Source: Blasia pusilla (lineage: Eukaryota). Taken from it: DNA of 64,000 bases. The translations under genes and the position numbers were made by a program. The number at the start of each line of letters is the position of its first letter. Position 1 is the first letter of the stretch. The notes under the pieces were generated by a model, which was not told the DNA's origin, did no database searches, and worked only from the letters and a program-made list of their open reading frames with translations. The stretch lies in assembly GCA_050084515.1 (NCBI GenBank), contig CM114271.1:31496001-31560000 (forward strand). Direction: 5' to 3'. Shown here piece by piece: positions 1 through 13,262 of this stretch.

Positions 1-199
1 GAACCACACTCGATGTTGTGGCTATCATCTCCTGGCGTACCTGCAAAACATCCCAAGAAGTCGAAGGATGTCTCTCCCGATCACCCTTGGTGTGTCGATC
101 TCCTCAAGTATCGCCCCCAACCACTGCCTCATTCGTCTTGGTAGGCATGGGGCTCACCAACGCAACTTTTGTGAACTGTCACATCCTCAAACGACGTTG

Positions 200-1165
200 C
201 TCAGCTACTCCTAAGCTAAAAAATCCATGACAAGCAGTTTAAGTCCATCGTCTGACCCAAGACATGACGCCGTGATGCCTCTCATAATGACGATACGACC
301 GGCACTCCTGTGGAGAATCCCATCGCTCGCTCTCACTCATCGGCATTGGGCTCCACCAACCTCTGTACTTGGTCATCCGAAACCAAGCCAGGTTCGGCCT
401 CCTTGAATGCATAGGCAGCGGGAAAACTCACCAATGTGGGAAAGGCTGCCCGTAGCCTGCCAGTCCTGTTGACCATAATCAATGGCAGTCAATCATGTAG
501 CCTCACTGCCTAGGATCGACGGCCCGGATCTAATATAGAATCCACCAACAAATCGGAGGGGTGCTCCACTCTCGCATATGCCCTCCGCAACACCTCGTGT
601 GGTTCCAAGTTGGTCCACCAAAGACGCGGGCGATGTGATTGTGAACCCACACTGGCCGCATCCAACAAAAATGTCGGGCCGATCCATGCGCGCACTTGAT
701 GTGCACTTGTCACCACACAGGACCTCGAATCGCCCAAAATCAGTATATTCTCCGAATGTATGCTCAAGGATGAGATTGATGCTCTTGCAAGTGTCGCAAG
801 ATCCGCATCATCTTCCAAAATAACCTAGACCAAGAATCAGCTAATCCGTTACCTTGTCCAGCACATGATTGGCCTTGACATAGCCAACCAGCAATGACCA
901 AGTCTATGGTCCCTACCCGCTCCAAGTCCTGCACCCCCAACAATGAAATGTCCCTCGGTAGGGAACTTTGGTAGCCTTGAATGGCGGACGCATACGACGC
1001 GTCGGGAAAACGGAGGCGTAACTCCGCCACATGGTGAAGTGAAGCGCGCCTCGCAACATCATCAATCTCCACATATAGGTACTGCTACACGCACACTCCA
1101 GCCTACAAAAGAGCAGCTAACCCAATGTTGATCCCTCCAAAGAGATCCAACACCCGAATACCCTT
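200..1165 (-). pseudogene. DNMT3-like C5 cytosine methyltransferase domain in copy A pol (stops and frameshifts)
   Basis: Minus-strand pieces: IRVLDLFGG (motif I), DLVIAGWLCQG (motif IV, PC changed to LC), ENI (motif VI), SHRPRLWWTNL (motif VIII, compare DNMT3 AHRARYFWGNL), and a C-terminal ERAMGF...LGQTMD-type block. Confidence 0.85.
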
Positions 1166-1665
1166 CTCTAGGATGCATCACACAATCCGAGTGGTGTCCA
1201 AAGGGGTCATAGCAGCACTCATGCCTACTTGGGGTGCCTCTAACCCGTCACACTCTGGTGCAAACGTCTCGCTCCACTCGGTCTGCACATGTTCAGTGGC
1301 TAAGCGTCGAAGCTCCTTAGTCGAGCCCCAAAGCGGTACCTCTCTTCCACGGACTGATGCAGCTACCATGACACTCCTCTACATAGAAATGTCAAGAACG
1401 TGAGTATCCTCTGCATGGACATGTCCCTCAATCAAATCACTAGGCCAAGTGATGGCACTGCTAAGTGCTGCTAAGGTCGCCATCTCTCCTGGCCGTCGCT
1501 CGATCACTGCACCTGTGAATCGAACGGGTAATGAGCTAAGGCGCCCATCACCTGACTCCCATCCTGCTCTATAGGATGCTGACTCATCCCAGTAACCTAG
1601 GGAAAATCCCATCGGTTATAACACTGCTCCACCAACCAAGACGTCGTAGGACTCTACATCAGTCA

Positions 1666-2995
1666 CTATCGCCTTGGCTCGCACCACAGACTTATCCATA
1701 GGATCCTCACCATGACCTCTTGTTGGGTGATACTCGCTCCACCCAAGGATATCTGTATCCAAAATGGACAACGCTCCACATCGGCTCTCGTCAAGCCCAA
1801 TCCTCTGAATGACGCTTTTCCCAACATCAAGGATTGCCCTCCTGAATCCAACAAGACGCGTTGCGGACTAAAAGCTCTATCTCCGGGACTCATGAACTGC
1901 AAGATCTCTCCCTGGTTATCCAACAACACAATACCACGAGAAGCCATGGCACTCTCTATCACGGGTCTAGTGGATATCTCCGCCATCCTAGCAGCCGCAG
2001 CCTGCCATGAATCTGACGTGGACGGCCCGAGCATCAGCTCCAAGGGCAGGTCCATCACCACCTCTGCAATCGATTACCTCTAAATGTGATGCAAGAACTC
2101 CAACTCCACGCTCACATAGCGTAGTGGCCAACCTCAACACCTCGGCGGGCGTACAACCCAATGTCATAACATCGGAAGCAAAAAATAGCGGAGCACGTTA
2201 CACCATCGTGGCCGCCCCCAACATCGTACTCGACACATGCTCCTCTTGAGCATCAACAATAGGAGTTGTTGCACTCATTTCTCCCATTGCCCTCCGTGCT
2301 TGCATACCAATAACATCACCAATGCTCCAAGAACTCTGATCAAGACCCATCGATGGGGTCCTCATCACCTCAAACAACGTGAAATACTGAGGAAGCATGG
2401 TCTGTTTCTTGGCTTCCCCTCGTTGTGGATCCAACTCTACGACTGCTCCACGCGTCACAAGTGCGGCGGCCTCCATCTAAGCAACCCTACACATCCAACC
2501 AATATCCTCCATATCTCTGGTTGCTCCATATGATATCAATGCCACGGATGTGGCATCAGGTAACCTCAATGCCATAGCGGCAATATGCTTATGTAGCTGC
2601 TATATCTGAGCAGCCATCCCCGCCTCACGCCTCGCATCTCCCTCGACGCGTCTAGGTGGTGGGAATCTACCTCCTCCATGGGCAACTCCACCACCATGTC
2701 GGGCAACTCCAACTCCTCGTCCCCCAACAAGACCATCAGGTGCACTATCTCTAGGCCCACCCAAATCGGCTACTCGCTCTGGTAACCTCTCTAGCTCTCG
2801 GTCCGGACGTAACTCAGGGTGTAAATTGAAACATCTAGCGCGTGTGCGACCATACCTCTCACAATAGTCACACTGATAACCTCCTGGTCCAGCATCATCT
2901 CCTCCTCCATGCTGAGGCACACGTCCATGACCCTGACGAGTGCAATCACGTTGATGATGGGCTTTTTCACATGACCAACAAGTAATCGTAGGCGG
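1666..2995 (-). pseudogene. Gag zinc-knuckle region and aspartic protease of copy A (degraded; gag N-terminus deleted)
   Basis: CWSCEKAHHQRDC and CDYCERYGRTRARC knuckle-like motifs (ORF 2600..3085); VLLDSGGQ retropepsin motif (ORF 1666..2061). Homology jumps from B ~54628 to B ~56090 at about position 2996. Confidence 0.75.
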
Positions 2996-3074
2996 TAAAA
3001 GACCATAATGGGTAACGTGATAAAAAATGTCGATGTCGATGTCGCTCCTCGGCAACTGCAAATCTCCAAGAGGC

Positions 3075-4806
3075 ATTTGGGACAAATAAGGGCGCCTTGG
3101 AAAGCTTATCTTGAGACGCTTTCAATGCACCAAAGATCTTAACAAACGCATAAGTACAGAGTGAGATATTGGCCAAAAATGACGGTGAGAGCAATCGGGT
3201 TGAGGGCCAATTTTTCGCGACCCTCATAACCAAACAACACCAAATAGGCGCCAAGCGGGACATCATAACTCAAGTGAACTCACGCTACGATGTTTGCGCT
3301 TTAGAGAGGCGTTTGGAAATGTCTCTTGGAAAAGTCCAAGAGACGAAACGCGGAATAGAGTTGTGCATTTTGTGCTTTAGTGGTCGCGACCAGGAAACCT
3401 AGACCAAACGCAAGCCAAGACTTGAGATTAGTTGAGTCTTGGAAGGTTGGTTGCCAAGAAAATGAGAACCAATTTTGAAACATGACTAGCGTTTGGGAAA
3501 TTTGACAGTGTTTTGGACCATAACATTTAGCCCCAAGATGCGTTTGGGAAAATTAAGGGCATATAAAGCTAATCTTGAGACGCTTCTAATGCTTGAAAGA
3601 TCTTAGCAAATGTATAAGTATAGACTGAGATATTGGCCAAAAATGACTATGAGAACAATCAGATTGAGGGCCCATTGGAGAGGCCGGGTGTCTTTCCCTA
3701 AAGGTTGGGGGACCTCGGAGATCCCCAAAAGTACTCGGAAGGGAGGAGTCTCTCCAAGATGTATTGGAACACAAATCCCCACTTTGAGCGCCAAACGGCG
3801 TTTCAGAGGCACGGGATGGAATGGGAGTTTGGCGTTGGAACTCGAAACCCAAACCTGATCCAAGGGAGTGGACTTTTTACACCGCACTTGGATTCCAACC
3901 CGAGATTCACTTCGTGAAAGTCTTGGTTAGGGACTCATTGGATGTCCATCAGACACTTGGAATCGCTAGGCGCGAAACGACGTTTGAGGTTCTTGAACCG
4001 ACCAGAAAGTTTGTCCCAAGTCTTTCGAGACTTGCCCGTGTTGTTAACCGCGAAACTAGGAAGGTTCAGCTTGATGAGAGACCGAGATGAGAACTTAGAA
4101 ATTTAGCCCACAGATTGATCCAAGACCCGACTAACCAGATTGCGTGTTTGGATGCAGATCAGCGTTGAGAACGTGACCTACTGAACGCACGCTTCCGCAA
4201 CAACAAGATTAATGTTCAAGGAGAGTAGGCACACGATACAATTGGAGAGGCCCGGGTGTCTTTCCTTAAATGTAGGGAAACCCGGAGATCCCTATAAGTA
4301 CTAGGAAGGGAGGAGTCCTTCCAAGATGTCTTGGAACACCAATCTCCACTTTGAGCACCAAACGGCATCTCAGAGGTACGAGATGGAAAGGGAGTTTGGC
4401 GTTGGAACTCGAAACCCAAACCTGATCCAAAGGAGTGGACTTTGTTCGCCACACCTGGATTCCGACCCGAGATTCACTTTGTGCGAGTCTCGATTAGGGA
4501 GTCATTGGATGTCCATTGGACAATTGGAACCGCCATGCGTGAAATGCCATTTGAGGTTCGTGAACCCACCAGAAAGTCTGTCCCAAGTCTTTTGAGACTT
4601 GCCCGTGTTGTAAACCGCAAAACAAGGAAGGTTGAGCTTGGTGAGAGACCGAGACGAGAACTCAGAAAGTTATCCTGTTGATTGATCCAAGACCCGACTA
4701 ACCAAACTGCATGTTTGGATGTAGATTAGCGTTGAGAGCGTGACCTACTAAATGCACACTTCCGCAAAAAAAACATAAACGTTCAAGGAGAGTAGGCGCA
4801 TGATAG
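3075..4806. repeat. Tandem/segmental duplications in the 5' leader of copy A
   Basis: 3674-4240 is repeated directly at 4241-4806 (~567-bp unit). A ~135-bp block at ~3075-3208 recurs at ~3542-3673. This expansion is absent from copy B. Confidence 0.85.
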
Positions 4807-5919
4807 AGAGGGTGCAATGCGGCCACAAGCGGCACGATACTCGATCGTCGCTGAGCGGCTACCAATCACAACATAGCAACATGAAATGAAAACTCAAACA
4901 CCATAACCCGATGTCACTTGCCATCACTGGATGATGACAAAATTGCAACGACAGTGGCGGCCAAACCAAAGTACGTGGTGGCGACGCAAGTCAAAGGATC
5001 AACGGTGGTCGTGGAAGACCCTCCACTCTGGAATGGCAACAATGGCAACCATAGGGTGGACAACGGCCGAAAGCGGCTCTAAGCATCGCTAGGCGGCGGC
5101 AACCGTCGATGATGGACTGTGGACCGTTGACGATGACCATTGACGTTGACTATTATGGCGACGGCTACCGCCGACGCGGCGGCTGGTTTAGGGTTTGAAT
5201 AATTTAACCCTACAAATCGCCTAGCAATGGCAATTTTGCAAGATTGACCATAACTCTTTGCTCGCAACTCCAGATTGTGACCGTTTGTTGCACAACTTCA
5301 CGATCTACAATGACTTCAGAAAATATTTTGAAGCCGGCTGGTTACTGGGTTATCAGTAAAAACTGACAGGACTATTGTAAAGACCAATGTCTCTTTCTCC
5401 TACACAAAATTTGGCAACGCTTCCGCGCTGATTTTCTCACAATAAAAATGTAAAACCCATGAGAACACAAATCAGAAAGCTACATGGTGCTCCTGAGAGC
5501 ATCGGCCTAGAGCAATCCGCCCCCATACTCAATTCCTATCGAAAATTGGGCAGCGCTTTCGCGTGCCACTCTCCCGTACAAAAATTCAGCAAAGCAAAAC
5601 AACAAACTCGCACGGCTCTTGCTCCGGTGATTATTCTCATGAGCCATAAAGTGGGGAACACGGTCCCCCAACCCGCACCAAACATCGAGCAACCAGCAAG
5701 CTCCTTCATGAAGCTCTTTCACTCACTCATTCTCTCTTTGTAAATTAAGATCCAATCTCTCTCACAACACCATAGTTCTCACATGTGTGCACTCTCACAT
5801 GTCTCTCTCAATGTCAAACCAAACCCACTCTCCTAATGAGAGGCTTGGGTTACACTCACAAGGCAAGGGACCATAGCTCCGCCGCCTCGTGCCAAGAGGT
5901 TCAACAAATAGAGAATAAG

Positions 5920-5951
<32 letters not shown>

Positions 5952-6649
5952 CTTTGAGGTATACCACTCCCCTCTCCCAAGCTCTCTCTCCATGATAACC
6001 TATGCTCCCAAGTCAACTCCTTGGCTCTTGACCTGATGTAGGAGGTCAAGGGCCACTTACCAAAAAAATAAAGTCGATCATATACTCAAAATGGTACTTA
6101 CATAAATTAGTAAGTTCCTTAATATGGTTCCAAATAAGCCGAAACGAAGGGGAAACCTGCTCTCTCAGGTTTCTTGGGGCCTCAACAGGTCATCCTCGAC
6201 CTATTGAGCCTGTCCTCCACTACTCGTAAAGGCACTCTACTAGATCTCACCGATATATCCTAAAAGACGTGACAATACCATCCATTTAGTGATTGCGAGA
6301 TGATTGTGTCAAGGTTAGTCAAGTGTTAGACTATGGTGGCTTGGGAGATCCCAAATTTAGGTTAGTTTCACTATGAGGAATACATATTTAGAAACTAGCT
6401 TTTACAACTAATTTTGGTTGTAAATCATAGATTAAGACTAATGACTAGCTTTACAACTAACAATATCTTAATGTCTAAGGACTCGTCGTATTGGATTCCT
6501 AGTTGCATGTAGATACATCATCAATCCTATATGGCATTATGGCCATCCATGACATGGATATTTTAATACTACATAAAGTTGAGTCATCAATTATTATAGG
6601 ACAAGACGGCAATAGTGAGATGATGAGCTGGAGTGTAATAATGTGTAAC

Positions 6650-6900
6650 ACATGCAAGTATTAATCCGTCCATATCATAGAACTCCCAAGTGCATGCTTT
6701 AGTTGTGCCTGTGCTGACATGCCATCTAGATTTGGAAAAGGAAAATCTACATCACCTTCATGAACAACCATGACATCAATATTGACAAGCCCGAGTGGGA
6801 TCTATTTACCATGGCACTTGTTATGACTAGAAATGCCACTCACCTTTCCAATACCTATAGGCTTCCATCCTTCTCGGCTTTTGGAAAAGAAAACTTGATC
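6650..6900 (-). pseudogene. Possible transposon-associated (Tnp1/En-Spm-like) domain remnant
   Basis: Minus-strand translation GIGKVSGISSHNKCHGK*IPLGLVNIDVMVVHEGDVDFPFPNLDGMSAQAQLKHALGSSMI* resembles the HG-x-x-IP...LP-x-P...L-x-x-A-x-G pattern of this domain; has in-frame stops. Confidence 0.35.
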
Positions 6901-7499
6901 TCTGATTACTAAGTGCAAGGAGAAAAGAAGACTTGTGTTAAATACCCTTTAAGGTTTCCCCATACGTAGGCATCCACATAACATGAGATTGGAGTATATG
7001 ATCTTACCCTCTTGGGACTCCATCCATTGGTGGGAATATTCGATGAAAATTTCAACATCGTAAGACCATCCGGGCACTTATACAATGAAAATATACATAT
7101 TATCAATTCTCAATATGTCCAACCTGTATTTATTCTAAATTCTTTCATTGCCACAATAGTGTCGAACCTCAAAATCATTTGTTCATTGAGCAAGGCCAAG
7201 TTAGAATGATTACCTCATGTTTTTTCTTTTTGGTCGTGGATAGTTGAAAACTTCCTCTTCGACTTTAGTTTTGTCACTTCCTCGATTCAAAAGCTCTCCT
7301 TCTCCTTGGTAGCAACTTGTTGACTATCAAGGATAGTGGTGGATGGAGGCATGTGAAGATTTTTTTCGGAAAACAATCTACAGATGTTCCATTGGAAGAT
7401 GAGAGGGGCAAAAATGTAGTCGGAATGTTGAGGGGGCCAGATGATGAGTTCATTGAGGTTTTTGAACCACCCTAGTGTCCAAAAGTCCGAGACCGCATG

Positions 7500-9092
7500 A
7501 TTGTATGAAGGTTGAGAGTAATAGTACTTGAATACTTTGAGTGGTTAAGTATGTAGCTTTTTTTCTAGGTGTCCGTGGTCACTTTAATTGTTTCAATTTG
7601 AATGCAAGGAACGAGGCCATCAAGGAATTTAGAAAAATAGGTCCTTCGGATAGTGACGAAGAGAAAGCTATCCGACAAGGGCTTAACTTGTTGGCACATC
7701 CCTTGATCAGGACAATAATCAACAGACCGCATTGCCCCACATGCGGTGCGTTTTCCATTGATATTGCAATCGAAGGGCCGCCTCCTCCTTGGAAGGCTAT
7801 GTAATGTGCAAGGGAGCAAGTTGCGAAAGGAGCACCAACTAATGGCAGAAAGGGGGAAATGGAGGCAATGCAGTAGACCAAGGGCATGGACGAAGGGCGT
7901 TAGGAATATTTCCAAGGTGTTGACAAAATAACATTGAGGGATTGCACCACTTTCTTTGGTGTATATAAGGATCAAGACTGGATGGAGTGGTGAGAGAAGA
8001 TATTTTTGTATGAGGGTGAACGACATTCAACTTTTCTTAGGGAGTGTCTAAAAGATAATACAATACAAATGCAAGCATTACATGACGTTCTATATCCACC
8101 AAAAAAGAAGGGGTGCATTGCAAGATTTCCCTTGATCACTTCAGATCTCAATGAGGTGCATAGGCTGAAGTCAAAAACCACGACCAATGTGGATAGATGG
8201 ACATCGTTGGATAAAGTACTCCTATAGAGCTATGAGATGCAGAAAAAACCAGCTAGATGCATCCGCAAATTAGGTGAGTGCAAGAAATCTCTAGAGTTGT
8301 TGACGGAAAAGAAACCCAACCTTACAAAAATGCTTTCCAAGGAGCGCAATTTGCGGTTAGAGGTAGTGAACAATATGGAGTAGACAAAAAGCATCCTTAG
8401 CATGGTTCAAGGGAGTTTTTGTTGTTGATAACTCCATGCTCATGAGCGCAAAGTTTATATTTTGAATGCATTATCCACAAGTAAAGAAGATGGGATTTTG
8501 AGAAATGGATGGATGGATGTGAATGGAGGCGTGTTTGTCAATGGAGGCGCCACTCTAACTGGAGGCGCGGCTCTGAAGGGAGGCGCAGGTGCAAGTATTC
8601 CATCGGAACATGAAAAATTCCAAGTGCCCCAATGTCTGGCAACATCCATTGGTGGAAGATTAAAAAAGGCATCCCTACCACGTGAGGCATCCAAGCTATT
8701 ATTGTCCAAAATTGGAATGGCAGACCGACAGAAGGGCGGTCTACAAGGAGCAAGGGTCAACACTGCCACAAGGTCTTAAGGAGCAAGCTACCACAGGGGC
8801 AGCAGAGTTCAAAAAACATAACTTAATATCCCCCGTTGCTATTTAATGCCCAGTTGAAATGATTGAGAAAGAGACAGAGACTAGCACGCAAGAGTCCCGC
8901 TTGCAAGGCGAGATCATTGCAGAAATCCTAGAAGGAGGGGAAGTAGCGGGGTTTGAGACTATGGATGTTGGCCTGCATGGTTCACATGTTTCTAACATGG
9001 AGGACCCTGCACGTGTAATGGACGCTACGGACTCTACCCACCATGGAAATAACACTTGTACTAAGAATACATGCCCAACAAATAGCGAATAG
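7500..9092 (+). pseudogene. Degraded coding sequence convergent with the MULE transposase (possible accessory gene)
   Basis: Chain of broken + strand frames (7541-7804, 8006-8430 coiled-coil-like, 8462-8779, 8859-9092) tail-to-tail with the transposase; no recognisable domain. Confidence 0.25.
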
Positions 9093-9356
9093 CATTCTGT
9101 AGGTGTACGTTTGCATATGTGGAGTTCATATGGTGCCTTAAAGTCCAATGTGCAATCTTTTTATTTGGATATTGCGGAATACCTCAATAAAATTTGTCTT
9201 ACACATACGCAATAGATACCAAAGGAGTTGGGTTGGAGTTTTGGTAGATGTGTCGTACTTGTATTGCCCATGCTCCTTTGTATCGCTCCCGGAAGTGTCG
9301 CACATCCACCCTCTCCGCAAGTGGCCTAATATGAGTATCCCTACGCTCTCACTATA

Positions 9357-9441
9357 TGGTACCGAGTCTATTGGAGTTAAACTTTCTCCCACATCCTTCA
9401 AGTTCGTGGGAGAAAGTTTAACTCCAATAGACTCGGTACCA
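9357..9441. repeat. Perfect inverted repeat, 36-bp arms, 13-nt loop
   Basis: 9357-9392 TGGTACCGAGTCTATTGGAGTTAAACTTTCTCCCAC is the exact reverse complement of 9406-9441. Confidence 0.95.
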
Positions 9442-9802
9442 CGTTGGCTTGCGGGGATAGACACGAGATTTTGCTTGTAAACTTGAAACGCAAAATTCAT
9501 GATTTTAGCATTCAAAATAATGTGGACCAATGCTCTATACTATTATCTTCATCTTCCTTTGTGTGGGTGGAAGTACATCCCAATTCCTCTAAACTTACAT
9601 TCAGATCAAGAGTACATCTTCGAGATGTCGTGATGAAGTCTTCAGACTCCCTTGTGTTCCTCTCTATATATGATTCTTGTGGTTCGACGTCATCATCTTC
9701 TCCAAAATTGATCCACCTCCCCATGTGGAGCATGTAGATCTTAACCTCTCCCAATTTGAAACTTTTGCAATCCCACAATGGAGGTTGTGTGGGCCGCTAA
9801 AT

Positions 9803-12625
9803 TTAACCACCAGCAAGGGCCACCATCTCGTGCACCTTCTTGAGATTACAACCTCTAGCATTATGGTTTGGAAGGTAAAAATATCCACAATGTTGGGGCC
9901 TAACAATAGAAAGGTTTTCTCTCAACCCGTTGTCTACAACGTATTCTTCACCAATTGTTGTTGTACCTGCCTGTCGCTCTAAAGGTTTAGTTTGGATCCA
10001 ATCGAACTCCAGCCAAATGTCATTGCTAGATGCACTCACACGGAATTGGTGTTCCGCCCAACTATTTTGATACCCGATTTTTGGGATTTTTACAACTAGT
10101 AATCTCCCAAACCTCCTACAAGATGGAGGTGTGCACACATCTGGATATGGGTCAATAGCAGTAGTATCAAAGCAAGGTATGGGTTTTTTTGTAAAGTTCA
10201 TATTTCTGATGTCCAAACTTTACCAACATGTTGCATAGGCTCCCTTTGGACAAAAATGTCCCAAGCTATGATATAAGTACAAGGCCACATACAGTCTTGA
10301 AGTTCACTGCAAGAGCATGTGCTATCATACATGGTTGGTGGTATGCTTTGGTTAATTTTGATATCAAATTGTTGCTCTATGTGAATTGTGTGCACAAGTG
10401 CATGGTTCTCAGAGGATTGGGATGTACGATATTGTCCCATCTTCTCTCGATTCTGCCATATCTTCTTAGTGTTGTACTTTGTTAGAACATCTATGTGGGA
10501 TTCACAAGAAATTCTACGCACGTTATGGTTCTTCATAATATATAACCACATACCATCAACTATCATGCATGGAGCCAAGAAACAAAAAGGCTTGATAGCT
10601 CCATTCACACACTCCACTAGCTAGGTCAAAGGAGACATGGCCAAATCATGGATGCATGAGTGATTGCCCATCGAGAGTATATTTTCGGATCAATCTTTCA
10701 AAAATACTTCTCTGCCTCTGGGTTGGCCATCTTCAGTGACATTAGAATCGGCTCATACTTGCATGGGAATAAGTACTTCAATTATTATAAGCATCCACTA
10801 GTCACTTCAAAGCCATAACGTAGGGAGTGCAAAAGAGGACAAATCATGAAAATAGAGTAAACCTGCTCTCAAAAATTACTTGTGGATATGCAACATGATG
10901 GGGTCCTTGGGAAAGACTCACCCGTGCTCTGTTTGTGCATATATGCACAAAATGAAAGTGTTTTCTGCATTCGATTTTTTCCCAAAAGTCTTCACAATAT
11001 TCATCCTAATATGTTGCACATAGTGTGCATGGAGTTTTCCGGGGAACATGTCTCTCACAACATTTTTTTTTTGTTCATCAGATACAAAGAAAACATCTAG
11101 ATGATGTATGTCGTGGATACATGCTTCCAAGTTTAGAAGGAACCACGTCCATCGCTCTTGACTTTTCGAAGGGGAAATTGTGTACGCAAGGATGACCACC
11201 TCATTGTTGCCATCAAGGCAACTAGCAATATATAACTGCGTTGGGGACTTCTTGTGCTTTACATGAAAAGCATCAATGCCGATCATGGGACGACAATATT
11301 TTAAAGCATCTTGCACAACACCCGGTGTCGCATATATCCTCTCAAAGGCAATAGTATGGGGGAAAGTGTGGATATCGATTTTTGCCAAGGGGTCCACTTG
11401 TTGTGCCATCTCTACCCACCCATCCATGCGATTGAAGGAAAACACATCACCGCCATTTAATCGGTCTAGGGCATGATGTCTTGTTCATAGCACGGTGTGG
11501 TAGTTGGATTACTGATGGTAATCGTTCTTCCATTCATTCAATAGAGTGAATGGTTTCACTTCCGTATTGTTGACCACTTAATTTTTAAAGTCTCCACCAT
11601 CCACCGAGAATTGTGTGCAGGGGCTTTCCACATATGCAGGTGCAATGGGCATGTATGTAGAAAATTGCGAACGGTTATTTTTATCTTTGCGGATCTCATC
11701 AAATGTGTTGCTCTTAATCTCCAGCAACATGGCTTTAATCCATCAAATGTGTTGCATACATCCTCCCTACACCACCCTTTTGGCCCTCTAACGTTGGGTT
11801 TTTTCACCAACTTTGAGCTCCACCCAAGAGAAGCTTTCCCCTTGTTCTCTCCGATGTTTGGATCCAACTTCTCGAAGTCATAATCACTATCAAAGTTTTC
11901 GTCTAATATATCACTCCCTTTGCGTTTACGTTGAGTTTTCTTCCTGGCATGAAACCGATACAATGTGAGCCTAAAATCGACTATGACTTCATCCTATAAG
12001 GGACCCTCCCAGACTTCACACACCATGCGTTCAAACAATACCAGAACTCGTCCCAGTCTCGGAATGTGGCGGAAAGTTTAATCAACTTAGCTACTTCATC
12101 CACTGCAAGGTTGTAATTATTAGCATGAAAATAAAAACACCACATCGAAAGCTGAAAGACCATATGACCACAATTGACAACCTTGAAGAGTAGTGCTACC
12201 CCATTTTTTCTCCGCAATACGACATTGTAAGTTTTGATGAAGGAATTTGGAATTGGGATACCATGGTGGCAATACAACATTATAAGTGATCATGAAGGAA
12301 TGCGGACTTAGAATTCAGTGCATTCCTTTTGGAGATTGCATGTAAACATCCACATTACTATATTCACCCTAAACGCAACTTTGTGTGGAGATCTTCCAAC
12401 TAGTTACTTGTGCTCAGAGTCACCGTTTGCTAGCAGTTGGCACCACAGTATCATGTGGTATAGGTGTGGGCTTGTGACAATTTCTTCAATGGCTGAATTT
12501 CGTGTCCTACCAACACCTTTTTGGAAGTGCACGGATCCTTGATTCAGTGGGAAGTTCAAAACCTCCAAATCATGTAAGCTCTCGGATTCATCCGCCATGA
12601 CCGGAGCATAAGTCTGGGTTCCCAA
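9803..12625 (-). pseudogene. MuDR/Mutator-like transposase (fragmented)
   Basis: CCWRLRA...HTC N-terminal zinc domain (11556..11963); CRPMIGIDAFHVKHK...DGNNEVVILAY MULE core (10918..11445); CSCSELQDCMWPCT SWIM-like (10198..10617); C-terminal knuckle HCGYFYLPNHNARGC (9803..10216). Confidence 0.85.
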
Positions 12626-13262
12626 AATGTGACTTGGTGATAGTGGAGGTGGTGAAGAGACCCTAAACTTGCGCGAGTACTTCGCGCAATGGCGGAGATG
12701 GAAGGTAAGACATGCATTCCGGAAAATGTTTATAAGCTAAACGAAATTGCGCTAAAAACTTCTCCGAGGACCATTTGAACACGTTGGTGGGTATTTTTGT
12801 GTGTTAGATAGGATTTGCGCGGGCTTGCGTTTAACACGACCTACCAACCCCCTCGGCTGGATTTACGCGGGATTGCGAACTACGAAAGTTGAGGATCCCC
12901 TAACGGAGTCCGTGTATCGTAGCATCCCCATTTCAGAGATGGACCAGGGCTCCGTGGAACGGTAGAACGGTGGAGATTATGGCGACTGGAAGTTGGGAAA
13001 TCACAGTTCGGTGTGGAGATTACGGCGACTGAGTCGGGGAAACCATAGTTCAGTGAAGGAGAAGACGACGATATGGGGCGGGAGGAGCGTACAGTAGAGT
13101 GAGTACCAGTACGTGTGAGAACCGAGTATCATTGGGCTGCTCGAGGCTGGAGCGCCCTAAATCTTCGTCACTCAGTCGCTGGTGCCTTGCCTTCGAAGTG
13201 TGGTGGAATCGAGCAGCACTCAGGAGGTTTGTGAACCAGGAGGGCGATCAGGGTAGAGCACC

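Larger units (their letters stand above)
1..6274 (-). mobile_element. Gypsy-like DNMT3-carrying retroelement, copy A (5' half; runs off the left edge)
   Basis: 1-2995 is colinear with copy B ~51690-54628, 4810-5764 with 56400-57372, and 5765-6274 with 62773-63266. The 5' terminus reads TGTCACGTC on the minus strand at 6274. Contains degraded gag zinc knuckles, protease and DNMT3 domain. Confidence 0.9.

Noticed and set aside
200-1165. Bacterial restriction-modification methylase or contamination
   Set aside because: The motifs are DNMT3-like, embedded in retroelement pol in three copies, and contiguous with intron-containing plant DNA.
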